This document shows, in pieces, positions 1-10,309 of a stretch of 64,000 nucleotides of DNA. Every line of letters begins with the position of its first letter. Position 1 is the stretch's first letter. The DNA is from Myxococcota bacterium (lineage in GTDB: Bacteria > Myxococcota_A > Polyangia > Polyangiales > Houyiibacteriaceae): positions 2,692-66,691 of the forward strand of contig JAHDCI010000002.1 of NCBI GenBank assembly GCA_020629955.1. The letters run 5' to 3'. The notes under the pieces were generated by a model. That model was not told where the DNA came from, did not search any database, and saw only the letters and a program-made list of their open reading frames with translations. The position numbers and the translations under genes are program-made.

Positions 1-1
1 G

Positions 2-592
2 GGAGTACTGGCTGTAGGGCGCGCTTCGGTACCACTCATCGCCCGTATCCATTTGACGAAGGGTCTCATTGTCGATGACCGGGATCTCCAGATCGAAGCA
101 GAACACCTCGCGGTCGTCCGCGCAGGGGCTCGCAGGCATGATATCCAGCAGATCGAAGGGGCCGCTGAGTTCGCTCGAGAACGTATAGTCGAAAGCGCCT
201 TCTGCGATCGTTCCGATCTCGAGTGTCTCGTAACTCGCCGGGCGAGTCATGCCCGTGAAGCCACCCCACTCCTCGTTGGGCGAGTCATGCTTGTCGATAA
301 TATACGTGTTGAGGAACCACGCGATGGCGAAGTTCTTCAGCGATACAATCTCTTCCGCGCAGCGACGCTGCGGATCCGGTGAATCTGCGGTGCGCTCCAA
401 ACACGAATCATCGATCTGCGCGCCGACGATCCCTTCCACGGTGTACTCTTGACCCGCCGTGGAGAAGTAATCGTCTGCCTTTCCAGGCGGCACGATGTCG
501 ACGGTATCTCCGCCCGCGGGGGGCTCAGAGGCACAGCCCGCAAAGAGCGTCGTGAGGCAGGAAAGGGCAAGAATCGAAGCGCGAAGTTTCAT
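2..592 (-). CDS. Myxobacterial-type lipoprotein (partial; 3' end runs off window)
   Basis: Not in the ORF track; translated by hand from ATG 592: MKLRASILALSCLTTLFAGC-ASEPPAGGDTVDIVPPGKADDYFS..., open to the window edge. Lipobox FAGC and a GKAD motif common in myxobacterial lipoproteins. Confidence 0.8.
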   Translation of the reverse strand, partial: MKLRASILALSCLTTLFAGCASEPPAGGDTVDIVPPGKADDYFSTAGQEYTVEGIVGAQIDDSCLERTADSPDPQRRCAEEIVSLKNFAIAWFLNTYIIDKHDSPNEEWGGFTGMTRPASYETLEIGTIAEGAFDYTFSSELSGPFDLLDIMPASPCADDREVFCFDLEIPVIDNETLRQMDTGDEWYRSAPYSQYS

Positions 593-795
593 CGTAAGAC
601 CACCAAGGAAAACTCGAGCCGAAGCGGCCCGAGCGATGGATGTAGCACGCGCTGGGAATGGCGGCGAGCGAGCCCGTCAAACTCAGGACCTTGCCTGCCG
701 GGGACAGCCCGCATTTTGAACGAAGAGACCGCCTCTACAATTGCGATGGCTTGTGCACGCGCACAAATCCTGGTGACGGGTCCAAGCTCAGGGCA

Positions 796-1533
796 CTAGA
801 CCGTCGGAACGTGCTCTGCCCGCCCTCGAACGACCTGACCGCGCAGAAAGAAATCCCGATGTTCGTTCGCGAGCCACGCGAGGGCATCTTCGGCATCTTC
901 GCGCGAAAGGAAAAAGCCCATGAGCGAACGCTCGCCCGAAAGGTAGTGATGCTGGACGAGCGAGCCCTCCAGGTATACGGCGTGATATTCATCCCGAAAT
1001 TCCACCTCGACCGAGTACCAATTCGCGGACTCGGAAGCCGGCTGAAAGGAAGGCACGTGACGCTGAATGATCCGAGTCGCGCGCGCGAGACAACTGCGCA
1101 GCCGACGTGATGGCGGGTGGTTGCGCTCCAGGTCGCGGGCAAACGAACGCGACAAACGTTCGTACAGCGCGCGTGAGCCAGGGCTTGCCCCCCGCTGCCG
1201 CTCGCGATTGTCATAGACGCTCAGCGATTGATCGGCGCAGCCCACTCCCACTCGGATACCCGGCGGGAGGTCTTCCGAGGCCCGTAAGAATCGTGCAAGG
1301 TACCCCACACCGCTGGCGTCTTCGCGTTGAACCGAGGCATCGAAATAGATGCTTACCCGCTCATTTGCGACTCCGACGGCGTCGTAGTTGTTCGCCCGAG
1401 CTTCGGAAGCGAGGTCAAGGTCAAGCGCGAGGACCATCAGAAGGGCCATGAGGCCAAAACCCGGCCGGAAAGCCTTGGCCTTTCGAAACAGAGCAAGAAT
1501 GGCAGGGCGGAGTTGGTTCGGAGAAAAGTGCAT
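796..1533 (-). CDS. Hypothetical exported protein
   Basis: 245-aa ORF with hydrophobic N-terminal segment ending in ARA (signal-peptide-like); start may be ~1449; no recognised domain. Confidence 0.6.
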   Translation of the reverse strand: MHFSPNQLRPAILALFRKAKAFRPGFGLMALLMVLALDLDLASEARANNYDAVGVANERVSIYFDASVQREDASGVGYLARFLRASEDLPPGIRVGVGCADQSLSVYDNRERQRGASPGSRALYERLSRSFARDLERNHPPSRRLRSCLARATRIIQRHVPSFQPASESANWYSVEVEFRDEYHAVYLEGSLVQHHYLSGERSLMGFFLSREDAEDALAWLANEHRDFFLRGQVVRGRAEHVPTV

Positions 1534-1833
1534 AAAAGCTCGCGTTCAAGAGTCGACCGCAAACGAACGCAAACTCGGTGCCACGACGCGAAAACACGCC
1601 TAAACAATTGATTTTACGACGATTTTCCGCTCAACCATCATCTCGAAGCGGGAGCGGACGTGGCGATTCGCACGCAGGACCGTCCCCAACCCGACGCGCT
1701 TCACACACAGAGAGTCGAAACTATGCCGCCGACCCGTGGCATGCTATGGCCAGCGAGCCTTTCCGGACATATGGTTCCGGTCAGACAAACCGTTCTCGGC
1801 CGGCTTTGGGCTGGTGATGCGAGAGGATAGACG

Positions 1834-3225
1834 TTGAGCGAAACTCCCGGACTTACCACAATCTTTAAGGACAAAAAGGCCACGAAGCGCCGGCTGAAGA
1901 AAGCCAAGCTGGTCGTCCTGGAAGGCGCGGACAAAGACAAAGAGCTGGTGATCGATCGCGAGCGCGTCACGATCGGCCGCACGATGTTCTGCGATCTGGT
2001 GCTGCAGGATAAGGCCGTCAGCGGGACCCACGCGGAGGTCATTGCCACCGAGAGCGGCTATCTTTTGAAAGATCTCGACTCGACGAACGGGACCCGCGTC
2101 GGCGAGCTTAAAATCCGTGAAGTCTGGCTAAAGGCCGGCACCGTCTTACGCGTCGGCCAAACCCGCATTCGATTTGAGCCCCAACAGGGGGAAGTCGAGA
2201 TCGAACTCTCGCGAGAGGATCGCTTTCACGACTTGCTCGGTAAGAGCGTTCGAATGCGTGAGATCTTCGCGGTACTTCAAAAGGTCGCTGCACCCGATTT
2301 GACCGTGCTCATCCGCGGCGAAACCGGGACCGGCAAAGAACTGGTTGCGCGCGCCCTTCACAAGGCGTCGCCACGAGTGGAAAAACCGCTCGTGGTTCAA
2401 GACTGCTCGGCGATCCCAAAGGACCTGATCGAGTCGACGCTCTTCGGTCACGAACGCGGCGCCTTCACTGGGGCGACCGATCGTCACAAGGGGAGCTTTG
2501 AGCAGGCGGAGAACGGCACAATCTTCCTGGATGAGATCGGCGAGCTTGAGATGTCGTTGCAGCCAAAGCTGCTTCGCGTACTGGAAAACCGCGAGATCAA
2601 ACGCGTCGGCGGCGATCGAACGATCCCCGTGAGTTGCCGAGTGGTCGCCGCGACGAACCGCGACCTTCGACAGATGGTGAACGAAGGCACCTTCCGAGAG
2701 GACCTCTACTACCGGCTGAGCGTTGTGCAGGTGGAGCTTCCTTCCCTCAAAGAGCGCCCCGAAGATATTCCTCTTCTTGTCTCCGCATTCCTCGACGAGT
2801 TCGCGAAGCGGAACTTCCCGGACGAACCGGACCGCGCGTACAACGTATCCACAGATGCGATGGCGCGCCTGAAGAGCTACCCGTGGCCGGGCAATATTCG
2901 TGAGCTCAAGAACACGATCGAACGCGCGGCTTCGCTCGCGGACGGTCTTGAGCTTGGCGTCCGTGATTTGCTCCCCGCATCGCAAAAGACTCCCGCACGC
3001 ATTCTCCCCGGCGGTACCGCCGAACAGTTCGTCGAAGAGGGAGTGCCGTTTAAAGAAGCGAAGCAGAAGGTGCTGGACACCTTCGAAGCCGGTTACCTGA
3101 AAGTGCTCCTCGACAAACACGGGGGCAATATTACGCGGAGCGCGCAGGCTGCCGGCCTCACGCGTTATCACCTTCGAGAGCTGGCGAAACGGTACGGCGT
3201 TCGAGACAGCGGGGGGAACTCCTAG
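1834..3225 (+). CDS. FHA-domain sigma54-dependent enhancer-binding protein
   Basis: N-terminal FHA (IGR...VSGTHA...DLDSTNGT), Walker A GETGTGKE, GAFTGA, Walker B FLDEIGE, WPGNIREL, C-terminal Fis-type HTH. Confidence 0.95.
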   Translation: MSETPGLTTIFKDKKATKRRLKKAKLVVLEGADKDKELVIDRERVTIGRTMFCDLVLQDKAVSGTHAEVIATESGYLLKDLDSTNGTRVGELKIREVWLKAGTVLRVGQTRIRFEPQQGEVEIELSREDRFHDLLGKSVRMREIFAVLQKVAAPDLTVLIRGETGTGKELVARALHKASPRVEKPLVVQDCSAIPKDLIESTLFGHERGAFTGATDRHKGSFEQAENGTIFLDEIGELEMSLQPKLLRVLENREIKRVGGDRTIPVSCRVVAATNRDLRQMVNEGTFREDLYYRLSVVQVELPSLKERPEDIPLLVSAFLDEFAKRNFPDEPDRAYNVSTDAMARLKSYPWPGNIRELKNTIERAASLADGLELGVRDLLPASQKTPARILPGGTAEQFVEEGVPFKEAKQKVLDTFEAGYLKVLLDKHGGNITRSAQAAGLTRYHLRELAKRYGVRDSGGNS

Positions 3226-4253
3226 TGTTCGGGCGCAAGAAAGAACCCGTCCGCTTCGGCAACCCTCCTCGGGCGCCGAAGGTCCTCGTTGTGGGCGCGG
3301 GCGCGGTCGGTCAGACCTACGCGCTCGCGATGCAGAAGGCAGGCGCCGAGGTTTCGCTCTTCGTGAAAGAGAAGTACCGCGCGGAATGCGAAGCCGGCCT
3401 GCCGCTCTACCGCATCGCCGGAAAACGTGGGCGCCGGCCAGAGACGCTCCAAGCCGATCACGTATTCGCCTCCACCGACGAGGCGCTTGCGCACGGCTTT
3501 GATCAGATCTGGGTTTGTCTTTCGTCCACCGCGTTTCTCTCGGCAATCGAGGCTCCCAAAACGGACGAGAACTCGATCTCGCGATTGATTCAAGATAGCT
3601 ATCCCGCGACCATCGTCAGCTTTCAGCCGGGACATCACGTCGCGGAACGATACGAGGGGATGGGGCTCGGCGACCGACTCGTCTGCGGAGGGATCGCGCT
3701 GATTTCCTACCAGGCGCCCCTTGTCGAATCCGAGGTTCCTGTTCCCGGCGTCGCGTATTGGAGCCCGACCCCGTCTCCATTCTCCGGCCCTCGCGCAGAC
3801 GAAGCGATCGCCCTGTTGAAGGCCGGGGACTTGCCCGCCACCAAGAGCGACAACGCAAACGCAGCAGGCGCCTACGGTTCCGCGACGTTGATGCCCGTCA
3901 TCGCAGCACTCGAAATGAGCGACTGGGATTTCGCAACGCTCCGCTCGAGCGGGAACACCAAACTTGCTGCGAAAGCGGCCGTCGAGGCGCGAGAGATCAC
4001 CGCATCGGTGACTGGCTTTCCCGCCCCCGCGGGGCTTGGCCTCGTCAGTTCGCCCGTGCTGAAGCTCGCGACCTTCGGTGCGAAGATGGGGATGCCGCTG
4101 CCGATCGAACCCTACCTAAAGTATCACTTCCTCAAGGTTGGCGATCAGACGGTGGCTTTGCTCGATCGCTACATCCTCGATGGTGAAGCGCGCGGCTTTG
4201 AAACCTCGGCGCTTCGCACCTTGCTCAACGGCGTTCACGCAGCGCGCGGATAA
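3225..4253 (+). CDS. Ketopantoate reductase (ApbA/PanE)-family NAD(P)-binding oxidoreductase
   Basis: Rossmann motif VLVVGAGAVG, ~340 aa, start overlaps upstream stop. Confidence 0.7.
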   Translation: MFGRKKEPVRFGNPPRAPKVLVVGAGAVGQTYALAMQKAGAEVSLFVKEKYRAECEAGLPLYRIAGKRGRRPETLQADHVFASTDEALAHGFDQIWVCLSSTAFLSAIEAPKTDENSISRLIQDSYPATIVSFQPGHHVAERYEGMGLGDRLVCGGIALISYQAPLVESEVPVPGVAYWSPTPSPFSGPRADEAIALLKAGDLPATKSDNANAAGAYGSATLMPVIAALEMSDWDFATLRSSGNTKLAAKAAVEAREITASVTGFPAPAGLGLVSSPVLKLATFGAKMGMPLPIEPYLKYHFLKVGDQTVALLDRYILDGEARGFETSALRTLLNGVHAARG

Positions 4254-4280
4254 GCCGCCGAACGAAAGCGAGAAGCCCCA

Positions 4281-4322
4281 AAGCGAGAGGCGCCCACGCG
4301 ACTGCGGGGCGCCTTTTCGCTT
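4281..4322. terminator. Putative bidirectional intrinsic terminator
   Basis: Hairpin AAGCGAGAGGCGCCC...GGGCGCCTTTTCGCTT between convergent genes ending at 4253 (+) and 4331 (-). Confidence 0.65.
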
Positions 4323-4330
4323 ACAGAGCC

Positions 4331-4684
4331 TCAAGGAGAGCGCGAACGCTCACTGCCGACGGTAATGCGATCTCGCAACCTTCGAAACGTCGCCCTGCCA
4401 ATGCCGCGCACCCGCAGAATCTCTCGTATTCGCCGAAAGGGTCTACGCGTTCGATATTCGACAATCGCCTGGGCTTTGCTCGGGCCAATCCCGGGCAACT
4501 CGACGAGTTCATCCACTGCGGCAGTGTTTAGGTCGATCAAGCGCACGGCTGGACCGGCCACCACGGAGGAAGAGACCTCGGCCACAGATTCTGTAGCTTG
4601 GGCCTGAACGCTTGTCGCGCCAAAACCCATCAAGGCCAACGCCAACATGCTCGCGCAAAATCGCATCATCGAATGCGCGTTCAT
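4331..4684 (-). CDS. comEA: ComEA-family helix-hairpin-helix DNA-binding protein
   Basis: Signal peptide, then IDLNTA..ELVELPGIGPSKAQAIVEYR...LRVRGIG tandem HhH motifs. Confidence 0.9.
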   Translation of the reverse strand: MNAHSMMRFCASMLALALMGFGATSVQAQATESVAEVSSSVVAGPAVRLIDLNTAAVDELVELPGIGPSKAQAIVEYRTRRPFRRIREILRVRGIGRATFRRLRDRITVGSERSRSP

Positions 4685-4872
4685 CCGCCGGCCCTCACCC
4701 CAAGATGCCCGCGCTCGTTGGAGTCACGCTCGCGCACTTGCAGCTTCCCCGAGACGGGCACGGCATCGAGCCTTAGCGTTAGCGAACCATCCCGATTCGT
4801 GAACGCAACCCCGACCTTCGTCCATCGACTCTTGCCGGGAGGCCGCTCGGTGACCGCGAATACGTTCTGCAT
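4681..4872 (-). CDS. Small beta-rich hypothetical protein coupled to comEA
   Basis: 63 aa MQNVFAVTER...WTKVGVAFTNRDGSLTLRLDAVPVSGKLQVRE; its TGA overlaps the comEA ATG (ATGA). It is the C-terminal part of track ORF 4681..5385. Confidence 0.75.
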   Translation of the reverse strand: MQNVFAVTERPPGKSRWTKVGVAFTNRDGSLTLRLDAVPVSGKLQVRERDSNERGHLGVRAGG

Positions 4873-5217
4873 ATTTCGCGTGTTTTGACGCCGTTCCATC
4901 CCTTCGTTCATTCCTACATCTCTCATCCGTCTTCCTTTCCTGAACCTCGATCTGGCGAGGACTCGCAGCCACAAGCTTCGAGCGGGGAAGTCTTCTTCAA
5001 GAGACGTTCCCACGTGGCGATGTTGCAATTCCGGGGACTTAGGAAGGGGAACGTGGCGGCTTCGGAGCCGCTCTTCGAAACATCCGCCAGGCCACATCGA
5101 CCACCAGGCAGCTGAGGGAATATCCGACGCCCCAAAGACGTCCCATTCATACCCACCAAAAGCGGCTGCGCCGTTGGCTCCGTCGATCCCTTCTGGTCGA
5201 AAGCCCATCTCTCCTTC

Positions 5218-7548
5218 ATGATCCCGAAAGTGACCGATCCGAGCCATCTCTCCGAAGCCCGCGCCACCCAAGCGACGCTCGTGCTCGCAGCGAAGAAACT
5301 TGCGGAAGTTTCGCCGACGGCGGGCACCGTCGAGGACGTGCTTGAAGGCCGCATTCTCGGACACTACGCGGAGGGCCTTCGCCAATATCTGACCATTCGC
5401 CTCGGTTCGGATGAAGCCGCCAAAGAAGCCTTCGCGAAGCTTCGCGAGTGGACCGACTCGAGGGGGGTCACAACGCTCTCGCAGGCGCCCGGCGTGCGCG
5501 CACGCCTCTACCGAAAGGCCCGCGAGCTCTCGGCTTCTCCAAGCCCCGCCCCCACGGGGACTCTCGCATGGTTCCGAGCGGATGCCCCATCACCCCTGCT
5601 TCAAGCGATCCACGACGATGCTCGCGGAGGAGACCGCGAGATGCTCGAGCTGCGTCACGCGCGGGGACTCACAAAGAGCGAGATTGCGTTTGTCTTGGCG
5701 CTTGAAGAGAGCGCGGTCGTAGCGCGTCTCGCGAGCGCGGAAAAAGACGCCGAGAGCGCCGCTTCGAAGGGAGAAGCAGAGGACCTACCAAAGGCACTCC
5801 TGGAAGCGTTCGCACTCGAATCTGGGCCGCAGGAAATCTCCTTCGAAGAGGAGAGCACCCGTCTGCCGCTCGGAACGGTCCTCGAAAATCGTTACGAACT
5901 CGAAAAGCATCTCGGGGAAGGCGCTTTTGCCGATGTGTACCGCGCGCGCGATGTCGCGGTCCCGGGACACGTCGTGGCCCTAAAACTGCTGAAGCGACCG
6001 AGCGGCTCGGAACAGGCGAAGGACGCTGCGCTGAAGGAGCTGCGCATCATCGCGGCGGTGTTCCATCCTTCGATCGTCCAGTTCAAAGACCACGGCTGGT
6101 ACGAAGGTCGCTTCTGGTTTGTGATGCCCTTCTACGACGGCGAGTCCCTCGAGGAGCGCATCGAAAGAGAGCCGCTCACCCGCTCCGAAGCGCAGACGAT
6201 TTTCGAAACTCTGGCGCGCGCCCTCGACGCCATGCACGCCTCCGGGATTCGCCATCAAGACATCAAGCCGGACAATATCTTCCTTGCGAAGCTCGAAGGG
6301 TTTGAAGGCGGAACCTTGCCAATCTTGCTCGACCTCGGCGTGGCCGCAAAGGAAGCTGAGCAAGTCATCGCCGGCACCCCAACGTACTTCGCCCCCGAAG
6401 TCGCCGCACAGTTTGCGTACCGCGACGGGGACCCCTTTCCGGATCGACCGATCGGTTTTCAGGCGGATGTTTTTTCGCTCGCCCTGAGCCTTCGGAACGC
6501 GCTGGAGCCTTCGACCCAGCCGACAGTTCAAGGCGGTTCGGTGGACGCCTTCATCGCCGAGCGGGCAAACGAGCGACCAGCGAGCCCGAAGACAGACGAC
6601 CTCGCATTCCTCGACACCTACTTTCAACGCTGGCTCTCGACCGAACCGAACGAGCGGCCGAACGCAAAGGAGTTCGCCGAAGAGCTCGCGGTCCTGACGA
6701 AGCCGGAAGAAGATCGCGCGCGCCGGATGCGAACTCTGCGCGTCGTGGGACCGATCGCAGCCGCGCTTCTATTGGTTTTTGGTGTTGTCGCGTGGGAGCT
6801 CATGCAACGAGCCGAGATGCAAAGTGAGAAAGCGAGGCTCGCTGCGGAAGCGCACGAAGAAGCGCTCGAAGACTTGAGCGAGGCCGCCGCCACGCGGGAA
6901 CAACTCGAGGGTGAAATCTCGTCCGCGCAAGATCGAATCGCCGCAAGCCAACTTGGCCGAGAGGAGCTTGAGCGTCAGCTCGCCCAAGCCGAAGCCCGGC
7001 TGAGGGTGACCCGCCGTCAGGTCGGCGGCTTTCGCAGGCGACTCGATGAATCGCAGAAAGAGACCGAAGCGGCGCAGCGCAGTCTGAACGAGAGCCAAGC
7101 GGTAGGACGGCAGCGCGCCGAAGAAGTCGCGCGCCTCGAGACCGCGGCCGAAGAACTGAACCGCCGCATCGGAACGCTCGGTTCTCAAAACGCGGACGCC
7201 CGTGAGCGCGTCGCGGCACTTGAGAGTGAGCGGGATAGGTTGCAAGCGTCCGTGCGGCGCCTGGAGCAGGTCGAGGCGGCGCAGGCAGGGCTTGAACGGC
7301 AACTCAGCGAGGCTCGAGCTTCCGCTCAGAGCGCTGCAAGAGATCAAGCGGCGGCGGAAGCCGAGGTCTCGAGGCTTGAGAACCGGATACGCCAGCTTGA
7401 GGGGCAGCTGGCGAGCGCTCGCAGTCGCGCTCCGGCGCCGAGCCCAAGCGTGCCCACCATCCGCCCCACGCCGACGCCTACCGCTCCCTCCACACCCACG
7501 ACCGGAATGCGGAACTCACGAATGGCACGGCGGGCGATTCCTCAATAA
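5218..7548 (+). CDS. Membrane Ser/Thr protein kinase with N-terminal ECF sigma-like domain and C-terminal coiled coil
   Basis: Kinase motifs LGEGAFADVY, VALK, HQDIKPDN, DLG, GTPTYFAPE, ADVFSL; N-terminal sigma region 4-like HTH (DREMLELRHARGLTKSEIAFVL...VVARL); one TM (IAAALLLVFGVVAW); long heptad region. Confidence 0.9.
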   Translation: MIPKVTDPSHLSEARATQATLVLAAKKLAEVSPTAGTVEDVLEGRILGHYAEGLRQYLTIRLGSDEAAKEAFAKLREWTDSRGVTTLSQAPGVRARLYRKARELSASPSPAPTGTLAWFRADAPSPLLQAIHDDARGGDREMLELRHARGLTKSEIAFVLALEESAVVARLASAEKDAESAASKGEAEDLPKALLEAFALESGPQEISFEEESTRLPLGTVLENRYELEKHLGEGAFADVYRARDVAVPGHVVALKLLKRPSGSEQAKDAALKELRIIAAVFHPSIVQFKDHGWYEGRFWFVMPFYDGESLEERIEREPLTRSEAQTIFETLARALDAMHASGIRHQDIKPDNIFLAKLEGFEGGTLPILLDLGVAAKEAEQVIAGTPTYFAPEVAAQFAYRDGDPFPDRPIGFQADVFSLALSLRNALEPSTQPTVQGGSVDAFIAERANERPASPKTDDLAFLDTYFQRWLSTEPNERPNAKEFAEELAVLTKPEEDRARRMRTLRVVGPIAAALLLVFGVVAWELMQRAEMQSEKARLAAEAHEEALEDLSEAAATREQLEGEISSAQDRIAASQLGREELERQLAQAEARLRVTRRQVGGFRRRLDESQKETEAAQRSLNESQAVGRQRAEEVARLETAAEELNRRIGTLGSQNADARERVAALESERDRLQASVRRLEQVEAAQAGLERQLSEARASAQSAARDQAAAEAEVSRLENRIRQLEGQLASARSRAPAPSPSVPTIRPTPTPTAPSTPTTGMRNSRMARRAIPQ

Positions 7549-7696
7549 TTCTAGAGCGTTTGTCGAGACTTTTCCGCGCGCCAAAACCGCGTCTTGAAAC
7601 GCTCTTTCATCGCCGGTGCCGTTGACAGAAAAGGCACGGAAAAATAGATCGACAAGCCGCTTTTGAGATCTTCGATCTCCGTGGTAGCTCAATGCC

Positions 7697-10300
7697 ATGT
7701 CTTTCTTAGCGAGCTCCTGGAGCGAGACACAAAGCCGTTCGTTTCATCTCCCCTCGGACGACGCAGGGCCTTGGCGCCGCGTAGAACTCGTCGTCGCACT
7801 GAACGCGAGCACGGATCCGCATCTCGCCGAGAGAGCCCTGCAGGGCACCCTCCACGTCCAGCCGGATGGCAGCTCCCTCGCCGTCCCTTTTGTCTTTCAC
7901 AATCCGGAAAAGCTTCTCTTTGCACTTGTGGTGCCGGCGAAGCGTGCGCACGAAACCCTGGCGCTGCGCGCAGAGCTTTTCCTCGCGCTCTCGAAGGCCT
8001 CAACCGATCTGCCGGACTACGTCGCGAACGCCCAAGTCGTCATCGACGTCGCGGGTCTAAAGGGCGCTTTGAGCCAGGAGACCCCAGCAGCTCCACTCAG
8101 TGAAAAGCCCGCGACCTTCGACAGCTCGAGCTTTGACGCACGAGAAGAAGATCTCCGCGCAGAGGAGGAGCGTCTCGCTGCACTTCGGCGCTCCCTCGAC
8201 GAACGCGCAGAGGCACTGAAGGCCCGGGAGGCCAGTATCGTCGAGAGCGCGCAAAGCGCCGCGCGGCCGACTTCCAGCAGCCTCCCGCTTGCTGCGAAAT
8301 CTCAGCCGATCCCGAGCCGACCTCCGCCCGCCCGGCTGCCTTCGTATCCGCCGCCTCCCGCGCAGCCCGTTTCTCTCCCGGTTCCATCCGAAGACGAACT
8401 CCTTTTGGCGGTCACGACCGATCCAGGGGACCTTGTGGATTCTGTGGAGATGGTCGATGGCGCGGTTCAGACCGCCGGCGCGTCCGTCATTCCGGATCAT
8501 ATCGAGGATGACGAAATCGAAGATGTCGATGAGGGGATGTTTACGGAGATCGTTTCGGACGAGCATGAACTGGTCGGCGCGGAGCGACGTGGTGGCAGCA
8601 CTGGAGGTACCGATGTCTTGGACGCCGATGACCTAATCGACGACGGCCCACTGAGCGAAATCGAAGAGATCGACGAAGAACTTGAAGAACTCGCGAGCAC
8701 GCACCTTGCCGTGAAGGAACGCGTTCCGGCGCCTGCTGGAGAGGAGCCGCCAGACGACCTGCTCACGGACATGAGCACGGAAATGCTCGCCGTAATGGAC
8801 GCCGAGGCCAACCCACGTCTCTTTGTACGCTTGCAGGAAGGACGCGAAGAGAGCTTCGATGCCGACCAGGCTGAACTTCGCGTTCAGTACCTCGAAATCG
8901 ACGATGTCCCGGTCGTGCTCTTGGTCCTGGTCGAAGACGATGGCGATCGCCCCTACGCCCGCCGGGCAGCCCTCGACCCACGCAGCACCCATGACGCCGC
9001 GCTGCTCGAACGCCTGAAAGAAAATCATCCGGCGAAGGTGAGCTGCTTCGGACCGACCGGAGACTACCTCCGAACGACCGAAGCGAGCCTTGGAGATCGA
9101 GCGCCGAATCTTGCGTACGCGCTGGAGCGAGCGAATGCGGCCGCCGGTGGCGAAGATGCTGCGATCGCGCTTGAGCGCGCACTGGCTGCACCACCACCTC
9201 TCCGACTTCGCGGTCATCCCTTCGAGGAGAGCCCCGCGGCAACCAAAGCGAACCAGGCTTTCGAAGACCTTGGCGCGCTCTCAAAGTGGGCGGCGCCGGC
9301 GAAAGTGGATCTCGCCGTACTTGGGCTTTGCGTTCCGAAGAAGACCGTAGACGATACGTTTGCGCGAGTCCTCGACGCTGCGCTTCGATTCGGCCTGGCT
9401 CTCCCTGAAGCCCTCGAAGCCAGGGCGATTCAAGACGGTCTCGCGAAGAGCCCGGAGTCGCTCGTTCAGACCTCTCTCACGAACTTCGCGAAGGTTGCCG
9501 GAGCGCCCGAGCACGGTCTCGACGGTGGCCAGACCTCCCAAAACTGGAATGCTCTCCTCGAACGCGCAGAGAGCTTCGAGCTACCGCTCAGCGAAGAGGT
9601 CTACGGGAGCGCAGCGCGAACGCAGGAGGCCCTGCCGACCGAAATCCCCGCCGCCATCAAAGACGCCGACGACGATGCGCTCGCGAGACTTCTTCTGCAC
9701 CCGAAGGTGCGGGCCGAGGCTGGCGTAGAGCTGCTGGATCGTGGCGGTGAGGGCAATATTGAAGCGGTGATCCGTGGCGCCCGCCGGATGAGCCACGAGG
9801 ACCTTCTCAACCTTGCGCCGGCGCTCTCGAAGACGGGTGAGCCCGCCGTCGATGGGCTCCTCGAACTCTTTGGCGCCAGCCGTCCGCACGTTCGCCAAGC
9901 CGCCGCCTTCTCGCTGAGTCAGCTCAAAGTGCGCCGTGCGATTGGCCCCCTTCTACGACTTGTCCGCGCGGAGCGAACGGAAGTTTGGCGGGAGGTCGCT
10001 CGACTCTTTGCGACTCAAGGCAGCGGCGTCGTCCGCCCCTTGATCCGCGCGATCAAAGAAGACAAGGGCGATCACGAGCGTCTCGCAATGGCACTGGCCT
10101 TCCTGAAGATCGAAGATCCGGACATCGCAAAACAGGTCGGCAAAGAGCTCACCCCGACGATTGCAAAGGTCGTGAGCGCCGCGACCAAACATGGCGATGC
10201 GGCGAAAGCCCACCTGGCGGCCATCGACTCAACATCCGATGCGGCCGAATCTTCGGTGGAAGCGTTCAGCGGACACCTGACGAAGTCACTCAAGAGCTAG
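7697..10300 (+). CDS. Large hypothetical protein with coiled coil, Pro-rich/acidic linker and C-terminal HEAT repeats
   Basis: 867 aa; D/E-rich tract; HEAT-like units (PHVRQAAAFSLSQLKVRRAIGPLLRL, EVWREVARLF). Confidence 0.8.
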   Translation: MSFLASSWSETQSRSFHLPSDDAGPWRRVELVVALNASTDPHLAERALQGTLHVQPDGSSLAVPFVFHNPEKLLFALVVPAKRAHETLALRAELFLALSKASTDLPDYVANAQVVIDVAGLKGALSQETPAAPLSEKPATFDSSSFDAREEDLRAEEERLAALRRSLDERAEALKAREASIVESAQSAARPTSSSLPLAAKSQPIPSRPPPARLPSYPPPPAQPVSLPVPSEDELLLAVTTDPGDLVDSVEMVDGAVQTAGASVIPDHIEDDEIEDVDEGMFTEIVSDEHELVGAERRGGSTGGTDVLDADDLIDDGPLSEIEEIDEELEELASTHLAVKERVPAPAGEEPPDDLLTDMSTEMLAVMDAEANPRLFVRLQEGREESFDADQAELRVQYLEIDDVPVVLLVLVEDDGDRPYARRAALDPRSTHDAALLERLKENHPAKVSCFGPTGDYLRTTEASLGDRAPNLAYALERANAAAGGEDAAIALERALAAPPPLRLRGHPFEESPAATKANQAFEDLGALSKWAAPAKVDLAVLGLCVPKKTVDDTFARVLDAALRFGLALPEALEARAIQDGLAKSPESLVQTSLTNFAKVAGAPEHGLDGGQTSQNWNALLERAESFELPLSEEVYGSAARTQEALPTEIPAAIKDADDDALARLLLHPKVRAEAGVELLDRGGEGNIEAVIRGARRMSHEDLLNLAPALSKTGEPAVDGLLELFGASRPHVRQAAAFSLSQLKVRRAIGPLLRLVRAERTEVWREVARLFATQGSGVVRPLIRAIKEDKGDHERLAMALAFLKIEDPDIAKQVGKELTPTIAKVVSAATKHGDAAKAHLAAIDSTSDAAESSVEAFSGHLTKSLKS

Positions 10301-10309
10301 TCGGACGCG

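Noticed and set aside
7622-7650. Sigma70 promoter TTGACA-17-TAGATC (and TTGACC-17-TACCAA at 14391)
   Set aside because: Good -35 but only a 3/6 -10 match; plausible but not supportable without TSS data.
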